Notes: generated by a model from the letters alone, not told the origin. 64,000 nt of DNA from Histomonas meleagridis 2922-C6/04-290x (GCA_020184695.1 JAANOX010000002.1:124001-188000); one strand, 5' to 3'. Counted from the stretch's first letter, positions 30,175 through 41,361 are shown. Made by a program: numbers and translations.

Positions 30175-33100
30175 TTAGATTTGAGAATTTAATAAATCAA
30201 CTATTTCTAAATGACCATTTTGGGATGCTCTAATAAGTGCTGTATTAAATAATTTAAATAATTTTCAAATATTATTTTGAAATAAGAAATTATTAAAATA
30301 AATATTAAATAAAACAAATAAATATCTTTAGCATTAATATCAATTCCTTCTTGTTCAAGAAGTAATTGAACTATTTCTGTATGACCATTTTCAGATGCTT
30401 TCATAAGTGCTGTTTTAAATAATTTAAATAATTTCCAAATATTATTTTGATATAAGAAATTATTAAAATAAATTTTAAATAAAACAAATAAATATCTTTA
30501 GCATTAATATCAATTTCTTCTTGTTCAAGAAGTAATTTAACTATTTCTGTACGACCTTTCCAAGATGCTAAAATAAGTGCTGTTTCAAATATTTTAAATA
30601 ATTTTCAAATATTATTTTGTAATATCAAATTATTAAAATAAATAAAAATTAAAATAAATAAATTTTATTTTTAGCATTAATATCAATTTCTTCTTGTTCA
30701 AGAAGTAATTTAACTATTTCTGTACGACCTTTTTGAGATGCTTTCATAAGTGCTGTTTCAAATATTTTAAATAATTTTCAAATATTATTTTGTAATATCA
30801 AATTATTAAAATAAATAAAAATTAAAATAAATAAATTTTATCTTTAGCATTAATATCAATTTCTTCTTGTTCAAGAAGTAATTTAACTATTTCTGTATGA
30901 CCATTTTCAGATGCCATAATAAGTGCTGTTTCAAATAATTTATATAATTTCCAAATATTATTTTGTAATATCAAATTATTAAAATAAATAAAAATTAAAA
31001 TAAATAAATTTTATTTTTAGCATTAATATCAATTCCTTCTTGTTCAAGAAGTAATTGAACTATTTCTGTATGACCATTTTCAGATGCTTTCATAAGTGCT
31101 GTTTTAAATAATTTAAATAGTTTCCAAATATTATTTTGAAATATAAAATTATTAAAATAAATATTAAATAAAAAAAATAAATATTTTTATCATTAATATC
31201 AATAATTTTTTGTTCAAGAAGTAATTTAAATATTTCTGTACGACCATTTGCAGATGCATACATAAGTGCTGTTTGATATAATTTAAATAATTTCCAAATA
31301 TTATTTGGAAATATAAAATTATTAAAACAAATATTAAATAAAAAAAAATAAATATTTTTAGCATTAATATCAATTCCTTCTTGTTCAAGAAGTAATTTAA
31401 ATATTTCTATATGACCTTTTACAGATGCATACATAAGTGCTGTATCAAATGATCTAAATAATTTCCAAAAATTATTGAAAAATATCAAATTATTTTAAGA
31501 AACATTAAATAAAATATATAAACATTACCTGTATTAATAGCAATTCCTTCTTGTTCAAGAAGTAATTGAACTATTTCTGTATAACCATTTTCAGATGCTT
31601 TCATAAGTGCTGTTTTAAATAATTTAAATAATTTCCAAATATTATTTTGAAATAAGAAATTATTAAAATAAATTTTAAATAAAACAAATAAATATCTTTA
31701 GCATTAATATCAATTCCTTCTTGTTCAAGAAGTAATTTAAATATTTCTATATGACCATTATAAGTTGTATACATAAGTGCTGTTTGAAATAATTTAAATA
31801 ATTTCCAAATATTATTTGGAAATATTAAAATTTTGTAAATAATTTTATAAATAATGATTAAATATCTATAGCATTAATGTCAATTCCTTCTTGCGCAAGA
31901 AGTAACTTAACCATTTCAAAATATCTATTTGAAACTGCTATAATAAGTGGTGTTTTAAATAATTTAATTAAATTCCAAACATTGTTTTTAAATTGTAAAT
32001 TGTTGAAATATAAATTAAATAAAACGAATAAACATCTTTAACATTAATATCAATTTTTTCTTGTTCAAGAAGTAATTTAACCATTTCGATGTGATTTTTT
32101 TCGGTTTCAAAATATAAAATTGATTTAAATATTGAAAATAATTACCTAATATATATTTAAAATATCAATTCATTATAACAAACATAAAATAAACAAAAAC
32201 AATGTTGATGTTATTAATGTTTTCTTCTTTCTTAAGAAGTATTTTAAATATTTCAGTTTGATCATTTCGCGATGCCAATAAAAGTGCGGTATCAAATATA
32301 ACAATTAAATTCCAAATTTCTGATTAAAACCCAAAAATTTTAATATCAATTTTGTATAATACATACGAATATCTTTTAGTTTAAAGTTAATTCCTTCTTG
32401 TTCTATAAGAAATTGAACAATTCCTATATAACCTTTTATAGTTGCTATCATTAATGATGTTCTAAATTATTTAATAAAATTCCAAATATTATTCTAAAAT
32501 ATCAAAACATTAAAACATATTTTAATACAAACAAATTAATATTTTTAGCATTAATATCAATCCCTTCTTGTTTAATAATATACTGAATAAGTTCAATATT
32601 TCCTGATTCTAATGCGAAAACTAAAATGTTTTTCGGAATTTGATTATGATCAAGAAAATATTCGACAAGATATAAATTACCTGTTTTCGCTGATACATTA
32701 ATTATATATTCATCGAATTTGATTTCTTCTTCTAAAAATGAAAGAATTTCATAATTACCAATGTTAATACATTGATAAATTTGTTCTTGGAATTTAATAT
32801 CAGTTAATGTTTGTGTGTTATTTATATAATATCCAAAGTTTTTAAATGGAATTTTATTTGTGCTTACATATGTTAATAAATGTTGTTGATTGTTTTGATC
32901 TAGTTTTTCGATTTTGTTTTCATAAATATATTTAAAGATATCATTTCGATGAAATTTAATTGCTATTTCAAAAACATCGTCAAATGTCGAATGATTTTGT
33001 TCACATAAATAAATAATTTCAAGATTTCCACCTGCAATTGCATATTTACCTGTATTTTCAACTTTTGCGTTGTTCAATAATAAATATTTAAAACATTGAA

Positions 33101-33864
33101 TTGCTCCAAAAAATGCAGCAAAATCAATTAATGTGACATTTTCTTTGTTAATAAATGAATATCGTTCATAAAGTGATGGCTTAATGGTTTGATTAAAATC
33201 GAAATCTTCTTGTGATGATATTTCTTGAAGTTTCTCTATATCATCATTTCGAATGATTTTTGATATTTCATTAGGATTAACTCCTTCTTTAACTAATTGC
33301 TTATGAAGTTCCCAATCATTCTTTGATAATTTTTCATAATTATTTTTAAATTCTTTATTTAATGGATCTTTAGAATCGTTTTTCTTGTTTTCTTCTTCAG
33401 TTTTTAAAAAAAAAAAAATAATTGGTATGAAAGTTCTTGGTAATATTTATATTAATTAATTCTTTTTCAATCATTTTTTCAATGATATAATATGTCTCTT
33501 GTGTATTAAATTCTGATATATAATTAGTAAAAATTTCAATAATTTTTGGATTGTTGTGAAGAATTGCTTCTTCTTGTGTTTGAATTTCTTGTAAATAATT
33601 TAAATATGTTTGGATTGATTCTCTTTGAGATGAAAATGCTGAATAAATTAAAACAATTATACAATAATTAAATGTAAAAGGAAAATCTTTATCAAATAAA
33701 TTCATTGTTTTTGCAACAGAAATTTCGAAATTTTTTTCTGTAAGATTAAATATAACCTGTTCTAAAGAAATCAACTTTTGCAAGTATATATATACAGATT
33801 GGTTATTAATCAATATATTATCTACTTCATTTTCTGATTTAAGTGTTTCTGTGCTATCAGTCAT
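30175..33864 (-). CDS. DUF3447-type/ankyrin gene A, interrupted by 14 AT-rich spacers and one T13 frameshift
   Basis: ORF 33864-33397, then frame change at A13 (33406-33418), WELHKQL...IIRNDDIEKLQ...PSLYERYS...TGKYAIAGGNLEII core, 13 internal ankyrin modules and capping TALIRASQNGHLEIVDLLNSQI* (stop 30175-30177). Confidence 0.75.
30178..32540 (-). repeat. About 170-bp tandem array: 90-nt ankyrin module plus about 80-nt spacer
   Basis: Thr codons at 30241, 30411, 30581, 30754, 30927, 31100, 31270, 31441, 31611, 31781, 31951; Ser 32121; Thr 32288, 32458. Confidence 0.95.
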
Positions 33865-34972
33865 TAAAATGTAACTTTTTAGATTTTAAATTAACGATAT
33901 GTATCGTACTCCTGAAAGGTTTTGAACAGTTTACATTCTCCGTGTTATCTCAAAACAAAATCAAATGCAAATCTAACAACAAAATATCAGAGAACACATT
34001 TAGCTGAAAAAACAAAACCCGACAAATATATAAAATCTTTCAAGATAAAAATTCATCAAATTTCACAAAAACATCTGGAATAATGACAAGCAAAGCTAAT
34101 TTAATTCTCGACGTTGTAACTATTGGAGCACTACTTATAGCTTTAATTATTTTTAGTGAGTTTGTTATAATATCGAAGACCAAAGGAAATTGAGAAAGAA
34201 AGAGATAAAAACGTAAAGTCAGATAAGTACTCATGAGTTTGGTAGCATAAACGATTATTTCTGGAATAATAATATTTATTTATCATGAAGTTAGTTAAGT
34301 GGTTTAAATCTAAAAGGCAAAAATCAACATGACTCTATAATTTCCAGATCCATTATTTTGTTTGTTACTATTCTTTTATTCTTGGTCTTGCATTTCAAGG
34401 TCCATATGTACACCAAAGATACTTAAATTGTGGCTTCAAGAATTCTCAAATTAGCGTTACAAATATTTTCCATCATATCCAACAATTGAAAGAATTGGCG
34501 ATTGTGTTACTTATCGATTTTCTTTATAATACATTTGTTTTATTACACACTCCGCTTTAGTTACTTACCTGAAAAAGAAGAAAATAAATGCGAACTCATC
34601 AGAATTTGAATTTTGTTTAAAATTTGAAAAAATAATTATATTATCACTAAATTCCTTATATTTTAATCAAAAAATCTTTAAAATATACCGATTTTATTAG
34701 CAAATGAACGGAATCAAAAGAAGATTTCATCTTGAAGTAACATCTCAAAACATATTCATTAATGATATTCTTCATTTAGATCTGTTAATTATTAAATAAA
34801 ACAATATTTTGTGCAAAATCATAATTGTCAAATCCTTAATGATATATTTCAGCTGATGATTAAATCCAATATATCCAAAACAAACATTTCAAATACATAT
34901 ATAGAAATTGATTGCACTGTTTCTTATAAAATCACAAGAAAAAATATTTTAAATTTATTACATTTTATTCAT

Positions 34973-36916
34973 TTAATCGACTTCTTCAACACGTGGTCCT
35001 GATGAATGTCCACTATTTGCTGATGGTCCACTTCCTCCTTGCATGTTCGCGCCTGGCATTCCGCCTTGTGCGCCGCCTGCTGCATGTTGATAAGCTGATT
35101 GCATAATTGGCATTAGTTTGCCTTCGAGTTCCTTCTGCTTCGCTTCGATTGTCGCGACGTCTGCGTCTTGGTTAGACTCGATCCATGCGAGCGTGTCATT
35201 GATTTCCTTGTTGATTGTGTCCTTATCTGATTGTGACAATGCGTTAGCGAACTGCTCTTGATTTAATGAGTTGCGTACGCCGAAGCAGTATCCTTCGAGT
35301 GCGTTCTTCGCTTCCACTTTCTTACGTACTTCTTCATCTTGTGCTTTGTACTTCTCTGCGTCTGCAACCATTTTGTCGATATCTGCTTGTGAAAGACGTC
35401 CTTTCTCATTCTTAATCGTGATCTTCTTCACGTTACCTGTCGACTTATCTTGTGCCGAAACGTTCATAATACCATCAGCATTAACATCGAATGTAACTTC
35501 AATCTGTGGCACGCCGCGTGGTGCTGGCGGAATGCCTGTTAAATCGAATGTGCCAAGTAAGTTATTGTCGCATGTTCGTGTACGTTCTCCTTCATAAACT
35601 TTGATTGTAACTGCGGGCTGATTATCTGAGAACGTTGTGAAGACATCTGACTTCTTCGCTGGAATTGTCGTGTTACGTGGAATGAGCACTGTCATCATTC
35701 CGCCCGCTGTTTCGATACCTAACGAAAGTGGTGCAACATCTAACAATAAGATATCTTTGATTTCTTCATGTGTATCGCCTTTGATAATTGCTGCTTGAAC
35801 TGCTGCGCCATATGCAACTGCTTCATCAGGATCAACACCACGGCATGGCTGCTTACCATTGAAGAAGTCTTGTAACAATTGTTGAACACGTGGAATACGT
35901 GACGAACCTCCGACTAAAACTATATCGGTGACGTCTGACTTCGACATGTTCGCATCCCTTAATACTTGTGCGACTGGATTCATTGTTGACCTGAAAAGTT
36001 CATCATTTAAGTTCTCAAACATTGCACGTGAAATGTTATCCATGAAATCATGACCTTCATATAATGAATCGCAGACAATGGATGCGGATGTGGCTGTGGA
36101 TAATGTTCGCTTAGCTCGTTCGCATGCTGTTCGTAATGTACGTAGTGCACGTGGCGATTGTCTTAAATCACATTTGAACTTCTTCTGGAATCGATCTGCA
36201 AAGTAATTAACCATACGATTATCAAAGTCTTCGCCGCCAAGATGTGTATCACCTGCTGTGGCACGAACTTCGAACATGCCGCCATCGATATCAAGTAATG
36301 AAACATCAAATGTACCGCCGCCAAGATCAAATATTAAAACATGACGTTCGTTATCAGATTTTTCGTTAAGACCAAATGCAATAGCAGCGGCTGTTGGTTC
36401 GTTGATGATACGAAGAACATTGAGACCGGCAATAACACCTGCATCTTTTGTGGCTTGACGTTGACCATCGTTGAAATATGCTGGAACTGTAACAACAGCA
36501 TCAGTAACTTTGTTGGAAAGTTGACTTTCGGCGATTTCCTTCATTTTACCTAAAACCATAGCTGAGATTTCTTCGGGATAAAATTGTTTGGTTTCACCTT
36601 TCCATTGGACTTGAATCCTTGGACGATCTGCATCACCACGAACAACCTTGAATGGCCAATGTTGCATATCTTTTTGAACAACTGGATCACTAAACTTACG
36701 GCCAATCATACGCTTGGCATCAAATACTGTATTTGTTGGATTCATGGCTGCTTGGTTCTTTGCAGCATCACCAACAAGTCTTTCATCTTCGGTGAATGCA
36801 ACATAAGATGGGGTTGTACGATTACCCATATCATTTGCTATAATATCGACACGACCGTGTCTGAAGACACCGACACAACTATATGTTGTACCAAGATCAA
36901 TACCAATTGCTGACAT
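34973..36916 (-). CDS. HSP70: Cytosolic HSP70
   Basis: [41 protein letters not shown]-terminal GPRVEEVD. Confidence 0.99.
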   Translation of the reverse strand: MSAIGIDLGTTYSCVGVFRHGRVDIIANDMGNRTTPSYVAFTEDERLVGDAAKNQAAMNPTNTVFDAKRMIGRKFSDPVVQKDMQHWPFKVVRGDADRPRIQVQWKGETKQFYPEEISAMVLGKMKEIAESQLSNKVTDAVVTVPAYFNDGQRQATKDAGVIAGLNVLRIINEPTAAAIAFGLNEKSDNERHVLIFDLGGGTFDVSLLDIDGGMFEVRATAGDTHLGGEDFDNRMVNYFADRFQKKFKCDLRQSPRALRTLRTACERAKRTLSTATSASIVCDSLYEGHDFMDNISRAMFENLNDELFRSTMNPVAQVLRDANMSKSDVTDIVLVGGSSRIPRVQQLLQDFFNGKQPCRGVDPDEAVAYGAAVQAAIIKGDTHEEIKDILLLDVAPLSLGIETAGGMMTVLIPRNTTIPAKKSDVFTTFSDNQPAVTIKVYEGERTRTCDNNLLGTFDLTGIPPAPRGVPQIEVTFDVNADGIMNVSAQDKSTGNVKKITIKNEKGRLSQADIDKMVADAEKYKAQDEEVRKKVEAKNALEGYCFGVRNSLNQEQFANALSQSDKDTINKEINDTLAWIESNQDADVATIEAKQKELEGKLMPIMQSAYQHAAGGAQGGMPGANMQGGSGPSANSGHSSGPRVEEVD

Positions 36917-37836
36917 AATTAAAAAATGATCTTATGAAGGCATTTTTTGGTTGAGCATTTAATGATTCAATTTAAATATCCGACCATTTAAAGTATTGAA
37001 ATATTAACGGTTTCCATGATGAAAACAAAATATAGTTTAATTATATAAATATTATTACTTAAATGTTGAAATATATCCTAGTTTTGTAGAGTTATAGTCA
37101 ATCAGAATCATATTATAGCATTGATTTATAAAAAATGTATTAAATATCCAAAAAACAATTATTTGCAATATATTTTTACCGAATTTATAACATAATTATT
37201 ATTATAATAATAATAACAATACAAACAATGATTACAATTATTATATCTTTTTGCATATCATTTACATTTATATATGTGAAGAAATTTGAATAATAATTAT
37301 AATATGTTGAAAGAAACAATATCTGTTTTTTGAATCTTTTTGATATCAAAGAATTTATCACAAAATTTTTGCATTTTTATGATGTAAGCAAACATATTCT
37401 AATTCAAAGAGTTTTAATTCAAATAATTTTTCTAATATGTATCATTTATGAAAAGTAAATTTTTCTTGATCCAAATTAAATGAAAGGTACAATTTCAGCA
37501 TCTTTTAACCTCATCATTTCCCAAATACTTCAAAAGAATGAATTCCAATTCATGACTTCTTCAGTTTTCAAATACTTAAAGAAGTTTATATCTCTGAAAG
37601 CAATTTATTCGAAAAAGAGAAAGTACCTTATCCATAAAATTAAACATATACACAAGTGCTGCTTGGAAAGCTGCTTTTCCAGTATTTTTATCATAATGAT
37701 TACAAAGTATTCTAATATTGTAAAGTATTTTTGTAACGAAGACAAGATAATAGAGAGATATTGGAGAAATTTTGAAAAAAAATTTCAATTGTAAATTACA
37801 AGATAACATCATAATATTATCATATTATTTTTTGAA

Positions 37837-37840
<4 letters not shown>

Positions 37841-37878
<38 letters not shown>
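37841..37878. repeat. (AT)19 microsatellite
   Basis: Perfect dinucleotide run. Confidence 0.9.
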
Positions 37879-37880
<2 letters not shown>

Positions 37881-38649
37881 TTATGTTATTTATTTAACGT
37901 GAAAGAATTATATTTAAATATAATAATAAGAAAAATATATTTGAAAACAGGTTTTTCATGTCTTTTCTATGCTTTTTGATCGTATTTTTTCTTATAAACA
38001 TTTTTATCTCCAAATTAAATCATAATTTACTAAAAAAAATATGGTAACATCAATTGGAATTATCATGTTGTTTATTATATTTCAAAATCATTTTTCATGA
38101 TTTTTTGATTTTAAAATGAATAGAACTCAATATTAACTGAATATAAATCAAAATTAATGAAAAATTTAAATATACCATATAAATCTAAAAAATGTAATCG
38201 AGAGATTTCTTAACTTTTTAATTTAAAGTGAAATTGATTATCTATCATATAAAAATTAAAATTAAAATAATTCAGTATCTAACAAAGAACATTAATAATT
38301 ATAAATATCTTTTTGGTTTACATATTAAAATTATAAATGTGTATTGATTTATTAACAAAACAATATTTTATCGGCGACGACCGTTTACGAATCATGTATT
38401 TGATCGTTTTTTATTCAATTTACTGCTAGTGCATGAATATGTTAAAATTTTTAATTACTAACAAGCGACATAAAAATTTAGATTTATTTTCATTTTTATT
38501 TATTGGTCTACAGATTTTTCACAGCAATGTAATCATAAATTATATTACATAAATTGTATGCAAAATTTCACAAATAAAGTTGGTCAAAAGTAAAGTTTCC
38601 AGTGATTCAAGAATTAAAGTGCGTTAATGCAAACATACGAATTGAGAAA

Positions 38650-39078
38650 CTAAAAAAGATCTCGATTTTGATATGCAGTGTTTGCCATTTCGATCAAGAC
38701 CTTGTGCGTGTTAGTTCCATCCTTAGCAGATACTTCTTTAAATTTTGCACCAAATCTGAGAGCAACGCATTTTCCAATTGTCCATTATAAAAATAATTCT
38801 TTCGAAAGATTCACGATCAGAAATATCATAAACAAAAAAATACTATGAAAATTGCGAAACTGTCTTGGGTCATACATCGCATGGTCAAAGCAATCAAAAA
38901 TGTAAAGTTTAATTTTTGTTTTATCTTCCATTTCAAAATATTTAATTTTGAAATCAATATACATGGTCGTTGGATAGTCATCTTCGAATTTGTCATAAAC
39001 TAGCCGGTTGATTAAGTAGGTTTTGCCTGAGCCATGCTTTCCCATTATATTTATCTTCAACCTCACTCCATTTTCCAT
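38650..39078 (-). pseudogene. Rab-family small GTPase pseudogene
   Basis: G1 GKHGSGKT; YPTTMYIDF; G3 degraded to DCFDH; frameshift in a T7 run then FFVYDISDRESF; G4 NKxD region missing; third frame FGAKFKEVSAKDGTN (G5) ending TAG at 38650. Confidence 0.75.
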
Positions 39079-39516
39079 CCAAGAGATGCGCAGGCGGTTT
39101 TAATCGTTTTGGCGGTTAATATCAAGAGAATCTTTGTTTTGTTTTGTTGATGCTTTTACAGCAACCTGTTGTTTAACTTATGTTCATTAAGTCCACTTTG
39201 TGTTGTTTCAATTTCTTGATTTAAATCAGAGATATTATCTCTCTACAAGTAGCATCACAGATTGAATGGGAACATCGATAACTTTACTCGCGCAAGCAAC
39301 TACAATAGCACACTCATGAAGTAATTTAACTATATGCATGTGACTGGAATTTCGAATTATTATATGGTTATTAAAGATTAAATTATTGCAATTGCAAAGA
39401 GAATATAAAAAATAATCAAAAACTTTTTATTGAAATAGAAATTATATATGTATTCTTTTGTCACATGGGACTTTGTCATATGGGTTCGAAAAAAGGGAAC
39501 TCCTAAAAATAAAAAA

Positions 39517-39598
39517 TGGTACCTGTGGGGTTCGAACCCACGCACCTCTCGGTATTGGGGCTTAAATCCAACGCCTTAGACCACTCGGCCAAAGTACC
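39517..39598 (-). tRNA. tRNA-Leu(UAA)
   Basis: GGTACTTTGGCCGAGTGGTCTAAGGCG TTGGA TTTAAGC CCCAA ... GTGGGTTCGAACCCCAC AGGTACC A; followed by a T6 Pol III terminator. Confidence 0.93.
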
Positions 39599-40492
39599 AT
39601 CTGTCTGACTTTATATTTGCATATTATCTAATGTTTGATTTGTCAAATGAATCTGATATTTTTGTAAGTTTTTTCAGAATCAGTTATGAATAAATTATAA
39701 ATCCTCGTACTGTTGAATAAAATTTGATATGCCCTACCATAATTTTAATTATTATCAATTATTTATGAATCAATATTGATCCTCATACATTTTTATTCTG
39801 TCACTTTTGATATGAGTTAGCTTTTTGTATGAACACAAAATTGCCAACTTTGTTGTAACATTTGGAAAGTGTTGTAAAACAACTTTTTCATAGTAATTCA
39901 AAATACAACAATCTTTCTCCTAAAAGACAAGAAAAAATTCAGCCAAATGAATAAAATTTGTACATATACATGTGGCTACAATATATCTTTTTTCAATTCA
40001 ACATTAAAATATTTATAGGATTTCATAAGTAAATATTCATATAAATCCAACGAGCTTGTTTTTTGTTGCAAACTGATCCGAAAAAAAAATATTATTTGAC
40101 GATCCATACAAAAAGCTGTTTATACCACAACAATAATGTTCATGTAAAGTATTCAAAAGGCACAAGCCATATTTGTTTTTTCAATGGACGATGGTATAAA
40201 AAAAATAGTAAACGCTCTGACGATAAATCCTTTTGCTTAAAGCAAGAAAATTTTCATCAGAATTGATACGAATATAAATGATATCAATATAAATGCAATG
40301 CCATGAATTCGCTCAACCCACTGACAGTCTCAGGTAAGGTTTCCATCAACCAATTATACGCCAAAAAAGAGTTATAACCACTAGTGTTATAACCTTCCAA
40401 TGTCGTTATTAATAAACGTTTATACTCTCAAAAATCACAGGTTTTTTTAGCTTTTTCTTAGCTTTTCTCTCAAAAAAAATGTTTTCAACAAA

Positions 40493-41050
40493 TTGAGCCG
40501 TTGCAAGACATTTATTTTCATGTTTGGCCAACAAAACGAACACAGAAGCGCTCCAAAAATTAGGCTTATCCTTTGTATGCCTAGCGAACCAGTTAGGAAA
40601 ATAAACGTCAGAAGTAACAAAAAGATATCTATTCTTCAATCCTTATTTCCAAATGCACCCAAGAAATATTTCTTTGGAGGCTCTGAGCTCCTCGAAGATA
40701 TGACGTTTGGCTTCTACGGACTTAGAAATGGCGATTGTATAATTGCATTGCCAACAGAAATATTTGAAACGCCAACTTTTTACCAATGGATTAACATCAC
40801 AAAAGATAACGAAGAGATTAACGATTCTATACAGTCAATGTTAAACCCTAAATATTCAGAAGAAACTGCAAAGCTACGGGATCTAAGATTAATGAAAATA
40901 GAAAGAAATCCAAAGGTCTACATAAGGATGCGTTCATCGCTTTCAGATAAAAAGTTACAGACCAATTGTATAACCAAAAAGATTAATATAGATTATACAA
41001 CACCTGATGAACCATCCACAAATGCTCTCCCTGTACTGTGGGAACTTTAA
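40493..41050 (+). CDS. Hypothetical protein with ubiquitin-like N-terminal domain
   Basis: IRLILC.P..P.RKINV...KYFFGG.ELLEDMTFGFYGLRNGDCIIAL resembles a beta-grasp Ubl. Confidence 0.6.
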   Translation: MSRCKTFIFMFGQQNEHRSAPKIRLILCMPSEPVRKINVRSNKKISILQSLFPNAPKKYFFGGSELLEDMTFGFYGLRNGDCIIALPTEIFETPTFYQWINITKDNEEINDSIQSMLNPKYSEETAKLRDLRLMKIERNPKVYIRMRSSLSDKKLQTNCITKKINIDYTTPDEPSTNALPVLWEL

Positions 41051-41256
41051 CGCACTCGGATTTGTTTCATAAATTGTAATTGTTTTCTTCGTATTATCAA
41101 AATATATTGTTTTTTATGACAATGATGTTCGTCATTTTGTTTTGTCCAACACGAAACAAGCTTTCTTGAAAATAACAAGGCACGGCATCTTAACAAATTT
41201 GTATCTTTTTGTTTATAATTTTTCTTTAATTATGAATAAAATTTTGAATTTTATAA

Positions 41257-41361
41257 AGCACTTTGACCGAGTGGCCTAAGGTGCGAAGTTGTATTGGGTT
41301 ATAACTTCAACCTCCCAAATGGCCCCAGGGAGGTTCGCGGGTTCGAATCCTGCAAGTGCTA
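41257..41361 (+). tRNA. tRNA with GTA (Tyr) anticodon, about 9-nt intron and long variable arm
   Basis: Acceptor AGCACTT/AAGTGCT plus A73; D arm GACCGAGTGGCCTAAGGT; anticodon GTA at 41291-41293; V-arm ACCTCCC/GGGAGGT; T arm GCGGG TTCGAAT CCTGC; T7 terminator at 41362. Confidence 0.8.

Noticed and set aside
30244-30323. Canonical GT-AG intron using GT of TTGTTT and AG of ACAG
   Set aside because: The join gives ATT TAT TTC ACT TAT TAG (out of frame), removes the conserved Thr, and many copies lack that GT. AT-AC pairs also fail to restore frame.
30584-30666. -1 programmed frameshifting at U_UUA_AAU/U_UUA_AAA as the general mechanism
   Set aside because: Attractive for consensus copies, where both frames are open. 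Here, however, the upstream frame stops at codon 6 and the downstream frame has a later TGA, so a single shift cannot work. Six 3n spacers also contain in-frame stops.
30175-32540. Ciliate-type TA-bounded IES excision, or stop-codon reassignment
   Set aside because: TA-to-TA excision at the conserved spacer ends does not restore frame, and trichomonads lack nuclear dimorphism. Normal genes here end in TAA/TGA, and reassignment cannot fix 3n+2 spacers.
34040-34560. Possible kinase-like relic (PILSIVGYDGKYL)
   Set aside because: Too fragmentary; no second kinase motif in a compatible position.
39481-39490. B-box-like GGGTTCGAA on the + strand next to tRNA-Leu
   Set aside because: No A-box or cloverleaf around it.
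41257-41361. tRNA-Sec (CTTCAAC loop at 41305-41311)
   Set aside because: No anticodon stem flanks that loop and the acceptor/T stems are 7/5; the GTA fold is self-consistent.
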